64,000 bases of DNA from a virus, in the IMG/VR virus record IMGVR_UViG_3300046167_000921, positions 32,001 through 96,000 of that record; one strand, given 5' to 3'. The position numbers and the translations under genes were made by a program. Of the stretch, positions 9,578-18,628 are shown one piece after another. Position 1 is the stretch's first letter; each line of letters opens with the position of its first letter. The notes under the pieces are model-generated. The model ran no database searches. It saw nothing but the letters and a program-made list of their open reading frames with translations, and was not told where the DNA came from.

Positions 9578-10816
9578 ATGAATCCGTATCGAAATATACT
9601 TACAGAGCTGAGAGAATCTCAAAATTTACTTAGTGAGGTAACTGCTATCCTGAAGACATCTGCTTCTAAGGGGGACATAGCCAAAGCGAGAGAATCGTTA
9701 AAAAATAAAAGCTACAAAGACCCCGATAGCGGTAAGAGCATCTCTTTCAGCACGGCATACAATAGAAGTGTCCCTCAGGCCCAGAAAGATTACGCAAAGG
9801 CATTGAAGTCGTTGCCTTCGGATAAAAAAAAAGAGGATGACGACGACAACCCCCTTGACGACCTTAACGAGGAGCAACTCGACTTACTTGAACGTGTTTC
9901 TAAAGGGCGTGATGTCTCGAACATGTCCCTCGTTGAAGAGAGGGTGCTTAGAGAGTCTTTAGCTATCCTCCTAGAGTCTCAGGACGAACTCGAAAAGGAG
10001 GGTGAGCCAGAGCCCCCTAAGAAAGCGGAGCGTAAGAAGAAACGTAAGTACGTGAAGAAGGTCAAAGAGAAGGTCAAAGAGAAGGTCAAAAAAGAGATCA
10101 AGCCGAAAGACGACGACGACCTTGAGTTCATTGACATTGATGAACTTATTGACGTTGAGGAGTTATCTGAAGTGCATTCAGATGACGCCAACCCCCTTTC
10201 TTCTGCCCTAGATAAGAAAGATAAGAGCAGGAGGGAGTTCGTTCAACAGGAACTGCTGAAGGAAGATGAGAAAGCGGAAAAGAGTAGGGACTCAATTCTG
10301 GACACTTTAACCCAATCTATTGACACGATCTCCATTAAGGCCAATGAGGATCTGGAGAGTCAAATAAAAGAGCTCAAAGAAGACCTGAGTAAATCTGGGA
10401 TATCTGAGTCCAAGAAGAGAGAAATAGAAGACTCGATAGAAGATCTTCAAGACCAGAAAGATATCTTAACCCTTAACATTAAAAGCACTCAAGAGGGTTA
10501 CCGTAAAGCTCTCACAGAGGCGGTTAAGGACATCCCTGATTTCGATGCGGAGCAGTCTAAGGAGCTATCTGAATCCTATTCGTCAATGGGAGCGGATTTA
10601 ATATCGAAGGTTGAAGATCCCGCAGAGCTCAACACTTACATAGAAGACCAGATCAGCGAGCTGGAGTCTATAAGCAAAGATGACCCCGACTATCCTAAGT
10701 CACTAGGGAAGCTCTTAGCTCTCAAAGCTATGAAAGAGGAAGTAGTAGAGAACCCCACTTTCGGCTTCTCCCCCCCCTCGGCTCAATGCAGATCCTGTGT
10801 TCTTAGAAGAATATAA
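9578..10816 (+). CDS. N-terminal part of a large K/E/D-rich protein, probably continuing into the next ORF via a frameshift at C8 (10770-10777)
   Basis: Removing one C gives ...ENPTFGFSPPRLNADPVFLEEYKRE..., continuous with 10797..12350. Confidence 0.6.
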   Translation: MNPYRNILTELRESQNLLSEVTAILKTSASKGDIAKARESLKNKSYKDPDSGKSISFSTAYNRSVPQAQKDYAKALKSLPSDKKKEDDDDNPLDDLNEEQLDLLERVSKGRDVSNMSLVEERVLRESLAILLESQDELEKEGEPEPPKKAERKKKRKYVKKVKEKVKEKVKKEIKPKDDDDLEFIDIDELIDVEELSEVHSDDANPLSSALDKKDKSRREFVQQELLKEDEKAEKSRDSILDTLTQSIDTISIKANEDLESQIKELKEDLSKSGISESKKREIEDSIEDLQDQKDILTLNIKSTQEGYRKALTEAVKDIPDFDAEQSKELSESYSSMGADLISKVEDPAELNTYIEDQISELESISKDDPDYPKSLGKLLALKAMKEEVVENPTFGFSPPSAQCRSCVLRRI

Positions 10817-12350
10817 GAGGGAAGTTGGATCTCAGCAGAGGACTAAGTTCAACTCTTTCAGCAAAGAGCAGAGAGATGTCGCAGCAAAGAAGCTGTCGGC
10901 ACAGAAGGAAGACCTTATTGATATCCTAGAGAGTCCTTCTTCCACAGACGCGGAGAAAAAGGAGGCAGAGAGGCAGATGATGATCGTTCGAGAATCAGAG
11001 TCTGCTCTAAACACTGTCCGCCTACTCAATGAAGAAGAGCCTTTGGACGGATTCTCTCCTGTAGACAAGGATCTTCTTGAGCTTGCTAAGGAGAATGAAG
11101 GTGTAGTGGAGCTGGTCTCTAATGTATCAAGATCCGACCTTTCAAATGAAGAGATGAGGCAGGTTGTAGAGAACAATCTGAGGGAGTTGCCTGAGGATCA
11201 GTGGTTAAAAGTTCTAGGGGCGGGAGGAATGGACAACCCTTATTCAGGCTATAAGGATACTTTCAACAGCAACTACTGCCCTAACACCCCATCTAACGTA
11301 GCGGCGGGCGTAGCGGGTGAAGAACTCGACGATATGTCTAAGTGTCCAAACCCTGTCACGGACTCATTGAAAAACTCTTTGAGGGACTCTTTAACAAAGA
11401 ACTTCTTGGATGTGCAGACTTCCTTCCAAGCCCTGAAGTCAAAAAAGAAGAAAAGACCCGCTCGAAAGAACAAAGAGCTGGCTGACGTACTCAAGAAGAA
11501 CAAGGACGAATTCTTTAGCGTCTTGCTCGATAGTAAACATAAAGACGGGACGCGAGTTACAAAGGAAGAGAAGGAAGAGTATAGAAACTTTTTCTTCACT
11601 GAGTTGAGAGCTCTCAACTTGAAAAACTTGAAAACGCAAGGTTACCCTATCAATGGAATCGAGGACATCATGCGTAAGATGAACAGGATACGAGGACTAG
11701 AGGGCAAGAAGAAGCTTGAAGAAATAGAAGCCCTGAAAAAACTCATGTCCGACATGATGGACTTGAACCCACCAGCTAAGAAGGCATCTATTTTTAATAA
11801 ACCTTTTATTGAAGGTCGTAATAGTTGCGGAGGTGTTTCAATGCACAAAAAATCAACTGTCTATATAGACTATCAAGAAAGAGCGAAGTCTTTCAAGAAG
11901 GGTATGCGTGTGTATACTTTCTGGGAAGGAAACTCTAGCCAGCCTGGTGTAGTCGTAGCAGTTTATCCCGCTATCGGTATGGTGGACGTGGGTTATCCTC
12001 ACGGCACGAAAAGGCAACCCGTAGAAGAACTTATTATAGATACCTCTAATGACGCGAAGATATTGAATAAAGGCGATTCCCTGAACGGGGAGTCAGAGGC
12101 AGTGCCTGTTACTACCAGACTTGCTAAGACAGTAGCCTCTAAGCATGTGAAGAAAGCTATCTATTGGGCTCAACGCGGTCGAAAGTACAGGCTCTGTAAA
12201 GGGGAAGACCCTAAGATGCCGAATTGCCCTCGTTGCAGGACGCAGATGAACCGTTCTATATACAAAAGAAGAGATGGAGTAAGTGATAAATTGTTCGCTT
12301 GCAGAAACTGTCTCTTTATCATCAAAACCACAGATGTTGAAGGAGTCTAA
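10797..12350 (+). CDS. Continuation of the 9578 protein, in frame with a probably independent zinc-finger gene starting at 11841
   Basis: Frame is open from 10749; no convincing SD at the GTG at 10797. Confidence 0.5.
   Translation: MFLEEYKREVGSQQRTKFNSFSKEQRDVAAKKLSAQKEDLIDILESPSSTDAEKKEAERQMMIVRESESALNTVRLLNEEEPLDGFSPVDKDLLELAKENEGVVELVSNVSRSDLSNEEMRQVVENNLRELPEDQWLKVLGAGGMDNPYSGYKDTFNSNYCPNTPSNVAAGVAGEELDDMSKCPNPVTDSLKNSLRDSLTKNFLDVQTSFQALKSKKKKRPARKNKELADVLKKNKDEFFSVLLDSKHKDGTRVTKEEKEEYRNFFFTELRALNLKNLKTQGYPINGIEDIMRKMNRIRGLEGKKKLEEIEALKKLMSDMMDLNPPAKKASIFNKPFIEGRNSCGGVSMHKKSTVYIDYQERAKSFKKGMRVYTFWEGNSSQPGVVVAVYPAIGMVDVGYPHGTKRQPVEELIIDTSNDAKILNKGDSLNGESEAVPVTTRLAKTVASKHVKKAIYWAQRGRKYRLCKGEDPKMPNCPRCRTQMNRSIYKRRDGVSDKLFACRNCLFIIKTTDVEGV
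11798..11809 (+). promoter_or_regulatory. Putative late-promoter motif (TAAACCTTTTAT) inside an ORF
   Basis: Exact match 31 nt before the ATG at 11841, which has SD GGAGGTG. Confidence 0.55.
11841..12350 (+). CDS. SH3-like plus zinc-ribbon protein (CPRC...CRNC), probable separate gene
   Basis: Has its own SD (GGAGGTG 11829-11835) and its own upstream motif; in frame with 10797..12350. Confidence 0.6.
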   Translation: MHKKSTVYIDYQERAKSFKKGMRVYTFWEGNSSQPGVVVAVYPAIGMVDVGYPHGTKRQPVEELIIDTSNDAKILNKGDSLNGESEAVPVTTRLAKTVASKHVKKAIYWAQRGRKYRLCKGEDPKMPNCPRCRTQMNRSIYKRRDGVSDKLFACRNCLFIIKTTDVEGV

Positions 12351-12352
12351 AG

Positions 12353-13711
12353 ATGGCATTCTTACGATATGCAAGAGCTAATGTAGTAACTCCTCAACTC
12401 GGGGGTTCTGAATGGGACAAGATCAGGGTAGCTTCTGGTTCAAAGCAGATGAATAGGTCTCTTAAAGCAAAGGCGGAAGATATACTTGGTGAAGAATTCA
12501 CCCCTGACAAGTATCTACTTACCCATGCAACTATCGTCTGTTCCGTAGATGCCATCACACCCCCAAACACCAAAACAGGGTCTATTAAAGAGGGTGGCGT
12601 TACTATCAATAGAAAGTACGCTGACTTTCGTATTTCTAAAGACACAGATAAGTTCATCAATAACAACCTAGACTCATGGTCAAGAGGTGTTATTAAGAAG
12701 TCGTACCAGACCTTCATCGGAGCTCATAACTTTGTCGAACACGTTCAGGTTGAAGAGCTGTCTAAAGGTAAGATTATAGACGCTGTACTTAGAGACATAG
12801 GCGACTCTTTATATGTAGACATCCTTGTGGCAACAAACAAGAAGCACAAAGACCTCATTGAGCAGATTGTCTCTGGCAAAATGAATTCTATGTCAATGGG
12901 TTGCTCTGTGGACTTTACTATCTGCACTAAATGTGGACACGTAGCCGCGGATGAGCCTGAAATGTGCTCTCACGTCAAATACGAGAAGGGTAACACCTTC
13001 TTCGATGAACAAGGTGTGAAACACAGGGTTGCAGAGCTATGTGGACACGAAGATATCGGGGAAACTGCAGGTGTCACTTTCATTGAAGCTTCTTGGGTTG
13101 CAACTCCTGCTTTCCCTGGTGCGGTGGCAAGGAATACTTTAGATATTCCTGAAAAGTGGCTGGAAAAAAAAGCTAGCCTTGTAACCGCCGCTTTCGGAGT
13201 GGACGAAGATAGCGAAGAAGGCGAAGGGGGTCAGGATAAAGCTCCCTCAGATGGCCTCCTAAAAAAGCTAGATGCTGTCTACGAAGAAGCTGTTATCGAC
13301 AGATTCAAGAAGAAGCTGGAAACTGAGATCAAGAAAGAAAAGTCTCAGTTAGCTCTACACCCCCCCATCAGCAAATCTACCGTTGAGCAGAACGACACCA
13401 TCATTAAAGAAGGTGGCTCTATCAACACGGAAGATTATCTCAAAGCATTAGGCCTCTCCATAAGAACTGCTAATTCAGAGCAAGAGGCGGTCTTTAACAT
13501 AGCTTTGGTCAACAACCACTTCGGTGTCAATGTACCCTCTAGTGTCTATAAGGTCGCTAGTAAGATAGGGAACGCCGAAAACTATTCCTCTGTGGAAGAC
13601 TTTCTGAAGAAAGCTTCAGAGGTGTATGGTAAAACACTATCAGAAAAAGAGTCTTTCGCTCTTATTCGAATCTCAAAACTTTTATCCCTTAACAGTTTCG
13701 GGCAGAGATAA
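12353..13711 (+). CDS. Prohead (capsid maturation) protease, HK97/assemblin-type with zinc-finger insert
   Basis: INNNLDSW...TFIGAHNFVEH, MSMGCSVDFTICTKCGH...MCSHV and FIEASWVATPAFPGA; lies upstream of scaffold and capsid genes. Confidence 0.8.
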   Translation: MAFLRYARANVVTPQLGGSEWDKIRVASGSKQMNRSLKAKAEDILGEEFTPDKYLLTHATIVCSVDAITPPNTKTGSIKEGGVTINRKYADFRISKDTDKFINNNLDSWSRGVIKKSYQTFIGAHNFVEHVQVEELSKGKIIDAVLRDIGDSLYVDILVATNKKHKDLIEQIVSGKMNSMSMGCSVDFTICTKCGHVAADEPEMCSHVKYEKGNTFFDEQGVKHRVAELCGHEDIGETAGVTFIEASWVATPAFPGAVARNTLDIPEKWLEKKASLVTAAFGVDEDSEEGEGGQDKAPSDGLLKKLDAVYEEAVIDRFKKKLETEIKKEKSQLALHPPISKSTVEQNDTIIKEGGSINTEDYLKALGLSIRTANSEQEAVFNIALVNNHFGVNVPSSVYKVASKIGNAENYSSVEDFLKKASEVYGKTLSEKESFALIRISKLLSLNSFGQR

Positions 13712-13729
13712 AGTCTTGCCCTTGAACCA

Positions 13730-15559
13730 ATGAAAGGAGTACCTATGTCTAGGTATACTCGTTCTAAGTCTCAGAGGTCTTCTTCTGCCCGAAGGAACCT
13801 CCGTTCACGCCGTGCTAACTCAGCTATCCCAGGTTATGACAACCTCGGCTGGGAAGATTTCGGCCACCCCGCTTCAGCAGACCAGCCTAGTCTTGAGGAC
13901 TATGGAATCGAATCAGATTTCGGTGAGGGTGTACGCAAAGGTCCTTACGGCGACAGTCCTGCACCAGCTTCTTACGGATGGGAGCCAGATCATCCCGCTT
14001 CAAGAAGTGCTAGCCTCCGTGACCGAAAGCTCCGTAAAGCTATGGAGCGTAAGGCTGCCAAGTGCATCAAGATTGCTGAGTCTCGTCTCGGCAAGTCTGC
14101 GTCTCAGCGTGAGATTGAAGACCTCGCACTCCGCTTCATGGATCTCCCAAATAAGGCGGTTAACACTCGCGTAGCTAGCCTCGACCACCATATGGGTATG
14201 GAAGATCTCGATGCAGATGAAGACGACATCATGGCAATGATGGACCACCATATGGGTATGGAAGACCATATGGGTATGGACGACCATATGGGCATGGAAG
14301 ATCTCGATGCAGATGAAGACGACATCATGGCAATGATGGACGATCATATGGGTATGGAAGACTTCGATGCTGATGAAGACGACATCATGGGCATGGAAGA
14401 CCATATGGGTATGGACGACCTCGATGCAGATGAAGACGACATCATGGCAATGATGGACGACCATATGGGTATGGAAGATCTCGATGCAGATGAAGACGAC
14501 ATCATGGCAATGATGGACGACCATATGGGTATGGAAGATCATATGGGTATGGACGACCATATGGGTATGGACGACCATATGGGTATGGAAGACTTCGATG
14601 CAGACGAGGACGACATCATGGCAATGATGGACGAACCTGTGGCACATGGCATCTTTGACGAGTATGACCTCGACATGGATGGGATGATCAGCCCAGAAGA
14701 GTTCGGAGGTTCAGCGGACGCTTTCAACGCTATGGACAGCGACCTCGACGGCTTCCTCTCTAGGGAAGAAGCTTCTGTCGGACTCGGTGACTCTTTTGGA
14801 GAAGAAGCCGCTGAAGTTCTCGCGGAGGAAGTGACTATGCTTAAAGCCGCGAATGCTCGCCTCTCACGTAAAGTCCGCAGTCTCTCTGTTCGCATGGCAT
14901 CTCAGGAAGAGGCTTCTGAAGAAGAAGCATCTGAAGAAGAAGCCGAAGAGAAGGAGACTTCAAAGAAGAAGGCAAGCACTTCTCGTCGTATTGCCCGCAT
15001 CGAGAGACTTGCTAATGCACTCTCTGATTACATGGCTGAGATGGAGCGTCAGGCATCTGAGGAAGAGGCTTCTGAAGAAGAAGCATCTGAGGAAGAAGCT
15101 GAAGAGAAAGAGACTTCAAAGAAGAAGGCTAAGGAAGAAGAGGCATCTGAGGAAGAGGCTTCTGAAGAAGAAGCCGAAGAGAAGGAGACTTCAAAGAAGG
15201 CTTACCACTCAATGGCTGACGTTCTCGCCGACCTTGAGATAGAAGCAGACGAAGAAGAGATCGTCGCAGAAGATCCTATGGGTCTTGATGCTTCAGACCT
15301 TGGCATGATCGACCCTAAGCTTGCTTCAATCTTCACCGCTTCTGACGAAGATGACGAAGATGACGAAGATGCAGACGAGACAGAAGATGGCGATAGCGAG
15401 GAGAAGGAGACTTCAAAGAAGGCCTCTTACCGACCAAGCAAGAGAACTCGTCAAGCTTCTGTGAAGACACTCGGCAACATCAGCCGTGAGGCATCTAGCT
15501 CAGACGAGCTCTCTAAGCTCTGGGAATCAGCCCCAGACGTTTCTAAGTTCTTCGGGTGA
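13730..15559 (+). CDS. Putative capsid scaffolding protein with His/Met/Asp repeats, an EF-hand pair and acidic repeats
   Basis: Position between protease and capsid genes; acidic low-complexity sequence; short amphipathic C-terminus LSKLWESAPDVSKFFG; likely start is the second Met at 13745 after SD AAAGGAG. Confidence 0.65.
   Translation: MKGVPMSRYTRSKSQRSSSARRNLRSRRANSAIPGYDNLGWEDFGHPASADQPSLEDYGIESDFGEGVRKGPYGDSPAPASYGWEPDHPASRSASLRDRKLRKAMERKAAKCIKIAESRLGKSASQREIEDLALRFMDLPNKAVNTRVASLDHHMGMEDLDADEDDIMAMMDHHMGMEDHMGMDDHMGMEDLDADEDDIMAMMDDHMGMEDFDADEDDIMGMEDHMGMDDLDADEDDIMAMMDDHMGMEDLDADEDDIMAMMDDHMGMEDHMGMDDHMGMDDHMGMEDFDADEDDIMAMMDEPVAHGIFDEYDLDMDGMISPEEFGGSADAFNAMDSDLDGFLSREEASVGLGDSFGEEAAEVLAEEVTMLKAANARLSRKVRSLSVRMASQEEASEEEASEEEAEEKETSKKKASTSRRIARIERLANALSDYMAEMERQASEEEASEEEASEEEAEEKETSKKKAKEEEASEEEASEEEAEEKETSKKAYHSMADVLADLEIEADEEEIVAEDPMGLDASDLGMIDPKLASIFTASDEDDEDDEDADETEDGDSEEKETSKKASYRPSKRTRQASVKTLGNISREASSSDELSKLWESAPDVSKFFG
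14183..14632 (+). repeat. Coding tandem repeats DH(H)MGM(E/D) and D(L/F)DADEDDIMAMM
   Basis: About 11 HMGM units and 6 DADEDDIM units are directly visible in DNA and protein. Confidence 0.95.
14903..15200 (+). repeat. Coding repeats EEASEEEASEEEAEEKETSKK(K)A x3 (partial fourth copy near 15400)
   Basis: Directly visible. Confidence 0.9.
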
Positions 15560-15567
15560 TTTTTTAA

Positions 15568-15579
15568 TAACTCGTTTAT
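15568..15579 (+). promoter_or_regulatory. Putative late-promoter motif (TAACTCGTTTAT) for the decoration/capsid operon
   Basis: Exact match in the intergenic region. Confidence 0.65.
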
Positions 15580-15603
15580 TGAACTTGTATAACCATGCAA
15601 CTT

Positions 15604-15667
15604 GGGTGTTAGGGCAACCTACCACCCTATTCTAACAAACACACTACTCACTTGATTACAGTGAGTA
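15604..15667 (+). promoter_or_regulatory. Two-hairpin 5' leader of the capsid operon
   Basis: GGGTG-T-TAGG-GCAA-CCTA-C-CACCC (GNRA loop) and TACTCACT/AGTGAGTA (8 bp). Confidence 0.5.
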
Positions 15668-15692
15668 TGAGCAAACACATAGGAGATTAACT

Positions 15693-16274
15693 ATGGCTCT
15701 ACTTGGACAAGCAAGTGGTGGGTTCACTGAGAGCAGTTCTGCACTCCGTATTCTGCACGTCGGTGTTCGTAACACCCTCGGTCAGCTTACTGCAGACAGT
15801 TTCACTCAGACTAACCCTCCTGTAACGACCGATACAGATCGCATTAGTACTTCTGCAGGTATGCAGACCAACGTTCTTGGTGTACTTAGCGGGTCAATCG
15901 CATTCACTAGGTCTGATGAGGGTGTAAACTTTCACGGTGGACCTACCGCAGTCAACCCCGCAACTGAGCGTGTACTCGGTGTTTTCATTAACAATGCTTC
16001 TGGCAATGCTTTTGAGAACCAACCTGGCGTAGCAAGCAACAGGGGACCTTATGTTTCTGCACAGGGTTCTTACGCGAACAGCCTCTATGAGACATCTCGC
16101 ACTGACGCGGACCAAGCTATCACCTACAGTGCTGGCGACAGCCTCAGAGCTTCTGTCAACGGTTATCTCACTAACGATGCAAACGAGAGAGCTAGTGATA
16201 CGATTGAGATCGCTATCCTCAAAATTGCCCCAGACTCTAACTCAGACGAGTTGGTTTACGATCAACGCATCTGA
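15693..16274 (+). CDS. Capsid decoration/cement-like protein
   Basis: Immediately upstream of the MCP; beta-rich; similar codon style to the MCP; SD AGGAG. Confidence 0.6.
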   Translation: MALLGQASGGFTESSSALRILHVGVRNTLGQLTADSFTQTNPPVTTDTDRISTSAGMQTNVLGVLSGSIAFTRSDEGVNFHGGPTAVNPATERVLGVFINNASGNAFENQPGVASNRGPYVSAQGSYANSLYETSRTDADQAITYSAGDSLRASVNGYLTNDANERASDTIEIAILKIAPDSNSDELVYDQRI

Positions 16275-16295
16275 TTATAGGAAAGGACGTATAAA

Positions 16296-17174
16296 ATGAG
16301 TAACACAGTTGACAATAGCGTAAAACAGAAGATCATCAGCGACTACATCAAGACCCCTCAGGGTCGTGCGAAGCTCGCGGCTTCTATGACACAGCCACTC
16401 CGCCTTCGTCGTGACTATACGAGTGTTGGTCGTAAGACCTTCCTCGTTGAGCAACTCCCAGACGGAGCGTTGCCGATTTATGACAAAGATCCAGACGTGA
16501 CTGCATTTGTAGTTGGTGAAGAGGGTGAGAACATCCTCGCTATCACTAAGCCTCGTCGTGTGATTTTCCCACTCTTCGAGATCGCATCTAACCCTGAGAT
16601 CCCACTCACGCAGATTAAAGAGCGTCGCTTCGACCTCATCGAGCGTGCTCAGGATCTCGCTAGGGCTCAGATTCAGGCTGCTGAGGACGAGCGTGTATTC
16701 GCGATTCTCGACGCAGTCGCGGCTAACGGCTTCGATAGCGTTGCAGGTCAGACTAACGCTGACATCCCTGTCATCGCCCCTCTTAACGGTGCTGTTCTTG
16801 CTGATGCATACAGCCTCATCGAGCGTCACGACCTCCGCGTTGCTCGCATCTTCATGAATGCTCGTGACTATGCTGACATCCGTAAGTTCGGTCGTGACAT
16901 CCTCGACATCGAGTCACAGGCTTCACTCCTCAAGACAGGCCTTCAGGCTACTCTTTGGGGTGCTCAGATCATCACTAGTCGTCTCGTACCTGTCGGTACT
17001 GTCTACGCTACCTGTGAGCCTGAGATGTTCGGACGTATCCCTGTTCGTACTGAGCTTACCGTTCTCTCTGCTGATGACCCGAAGGCTCGTACCATCGGTT
17101 TCTCATGCTTCGAGAATCTCGGTATTGGTGCATACAACCCACGCGGTCTTGCACGACTCACTGTCACTCGCTAA
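16296..17174 (+). CDS. Major capsid protein (HK97 fold)
   Basis: 292 aa with GRKTFLVEQLPDGALPIYDKD, FEIASNP.I...IKERRFDLIERAQ, IFMNARDYADI and LWGAQII...VP.GTVY; strong SD AGGAAAGGA; followed by a terminator. Confidence 0.88.
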   Translation: MSNTVDNSVKQKIISDYIKTPQGRAKLAASMTQPLRLRRDYTSVGRKTFLVEQLPDGALPIYDKDPDVTAFVVGEEGENILAITKPRRVIFPLFEIASNPEIPLTQIKERRFDLIERAQDLARAQIQAAEDERVFAILDAVAANGFDSVAGQTNADIPVIAPLNGAVLADAYSLIERHDLRVARIFMNARDYADIRKFGRDILDIESQASLLKTGLQATLWGAQIITSRLVPVGTVYATCEPEMFGRIPVRTELTVLSADDPKARTIGFSCFENLGIGAYNPRGLARLTVTR

Positions 17175-17231
17175 TACCTAGTATTTAGCTTGCGACAAGC
17201 CCCTCTGTCTCGGCGGGGTCTAGTCAAGAAG

Positions 17232-17269
17232 AAACCCTGTCTTCCGAATGGAGGATGGGGTTTTTTTTT
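17232..17269 (+). terminator. Rho-independent terminator after the MCP
   Basis: AAACCCTGTCTTCC-GAAT-GGAGGATGGGGTTT stem followed by a T run. Confidence 0.8.
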
Positions 17270-17292
17270 ATTTCTCCCACATTCTAAATTGA

Positions 17293-17304
17293 TAACACGT
17301 TTAT
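17293..17304 (+). promoter_or_regulatory. Putative late-promoter motif (TAACACGTTTAT)
   Basis: Exact match just after the MCP terminator and before the next gene. Confidence 0.65.
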
Positions 17305-17331
17305 ACGAACCGAGATAGAAATAGGAGAGAG

Positions 17332-17595
17332 ATGATGTATATAAACTGGTCGAAAATACTAGAGAAAGCAAACCTCGTGACACTGAGATTACACTTTGAT
17401 CTCATGTCTGCCTTGGAGTCTCTAGATGAAAACCCTAAAGACGTGACTGAAGACGAGATTCGTTACGCAATCATGCGAGGGAGAGACCGACTAGCCCAAG
17501 CATCAGGGCAAGATAAAGCTCTTTTAATAGAGATTGTGTCCGCCCTTGAAATTGAAATGAACAGTAGAAAACATTCGCGGACAATGAGCCTGTGA
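17332..17595 (+). CDS. Hypothetical helical protein
   Basis: 87-aa ORF with SD AGGAG. Confidence 0.55.
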   Translation: MMYINWSKILEKANLVTLRLHFDLMSALESLDENPKDVTEDEIRYAIMRGRDRLAQASGQDKALLIEIVSALEIEMNSRKHSRTMSL

Positions 17596-17611
17596 GTAGA
17601 GGGGAGTATTT

Positions 17612-18475
17612 ATGAGAAAGCTATATAACACTAAGAGAAAGCTCTCGATCTCGCCCACCTTCAAGATTTTGGGTGGAGTCCTCCGTAAATGGGGAGAGAT
17701 CCGACACCTTGAAGAGGTTGCCATCATATACAAAAATGGCTCTATCTCTAGGTACTCTCAAGATCCCGATTCTCCTTTCTATATCAGTGTCTTCCCTTAC
17801 ATAAACAAAATGGAAGTCTTCGGGATATCTAATAAATGGCGACGTTACAATGGCTCTTGGGATTTCGTCACTCACGTATATGACCATGAGGGACGACCAG
17901 GACCTTTGCGGGCCGAAAAGACCGAAAAGACCATCAAGGGTGCTCGCCAGGCTGGCATTCAAGCTGTCAAAGATCACTATGTTCAAGTGAATAAAACTCT
18001 CATGCAAGATCCGCAAGAGAGGTTAGAGGAAGAGCTGGTAAGAGCACTCAAGGGCCACGATTGGTATTACGCGATGAGTGATGACCATAGAAAAAATATG
18101 AGCGGGCGAGACTCTATGAGGCGTATTAAGCACCTAATGCGTGAGATGGAAGACTCTGATAGAGCAGAAGAGCTATTTAGAAAGTATGCACCCGAGGGCA
18201 TAGAAGGAAAAGGCATCATACCTAAGAAGAGACCTATCGTGGAGGGAGACATCTTCTTTAAAAAAGACCCTCATGGATTTGATGTTCTTTATTGGTACGA
18301 AGTCTTGAAAGTAAACCGCAGGAGTCTTGTGCTTAGAGAGAAGAACTTCAAGAAGAGTAAGTATAACTCAAAAGAATATCTTGGAGATCCTTTTAGAGTC
18401 CCCTATCCTCAGAGAAAGTGGAATGTCATTAAGTACAAAGGCATCACTTACACCTTACAGGGTACGCAGTTTTAA
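17612..18475 (+). CDS. Hypothetical multi-module protein
   Basis: 287-aa ORF; includes the module LKGHDWYYAMSDDHR. Confidence 0.6.
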   Translation: MRKLYNTKRKLSISPTFKILGGVLRKWGEIRHLEEVAIIYKNGSISRYSQDPDSPFYISVFPYINKMEVFGISNKWRRYNGSWDFVTHVYDHEGRPGPLRAEKTEKTIKGARQAGIQAVKDHYVQVNKTLMQDPQERLEEELVRALKGHDWYYAMSDDHRKNMSGRDSMRRIKHLMREMEDSDRAEELFRKYAPEGIEGKGIIPKKRPIVEGDIFFKKDPHGFDVLYWYEVLKVNRRSLVLREKNFKKSKYNSKEYLGDPFRVPYPQRKWNVIKYKGITYTLQGTQF

Positions 18476-18628
18476 AACCTCATCGAGCCTCTTTTTTTTA
18501 TAAGTGTCAACACACAAACTTATTTAAAGGAGGCTCGATGAGCATTGAATCTATAGTCCATGCCGTATCTCGATAATGACCCTGAAGGACATTGGGAGCG
18601 GAACTTCTAGGCCTTTCCGCCTGAACAA

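Noticed and set aside
14183-14632. Possible CRISPR-like array
   Set aside because: The repeats are in-frame coding units with no unique spacers, and no cas genes are present.
14000-14647. His-rich 215-aa minus-strand ORF (HTHMVV repeats)
   Set aside because: It is the antisense shadow of the scaffold repeat; it has no SD or promoter context and the sense gene explains the pattern.
16296-17174. Bacterial encapsulin instead of a phage capsid
   Set aside because: The context of protease, scaffold, decoration protein and tail sheath indicates a true virion capsid.
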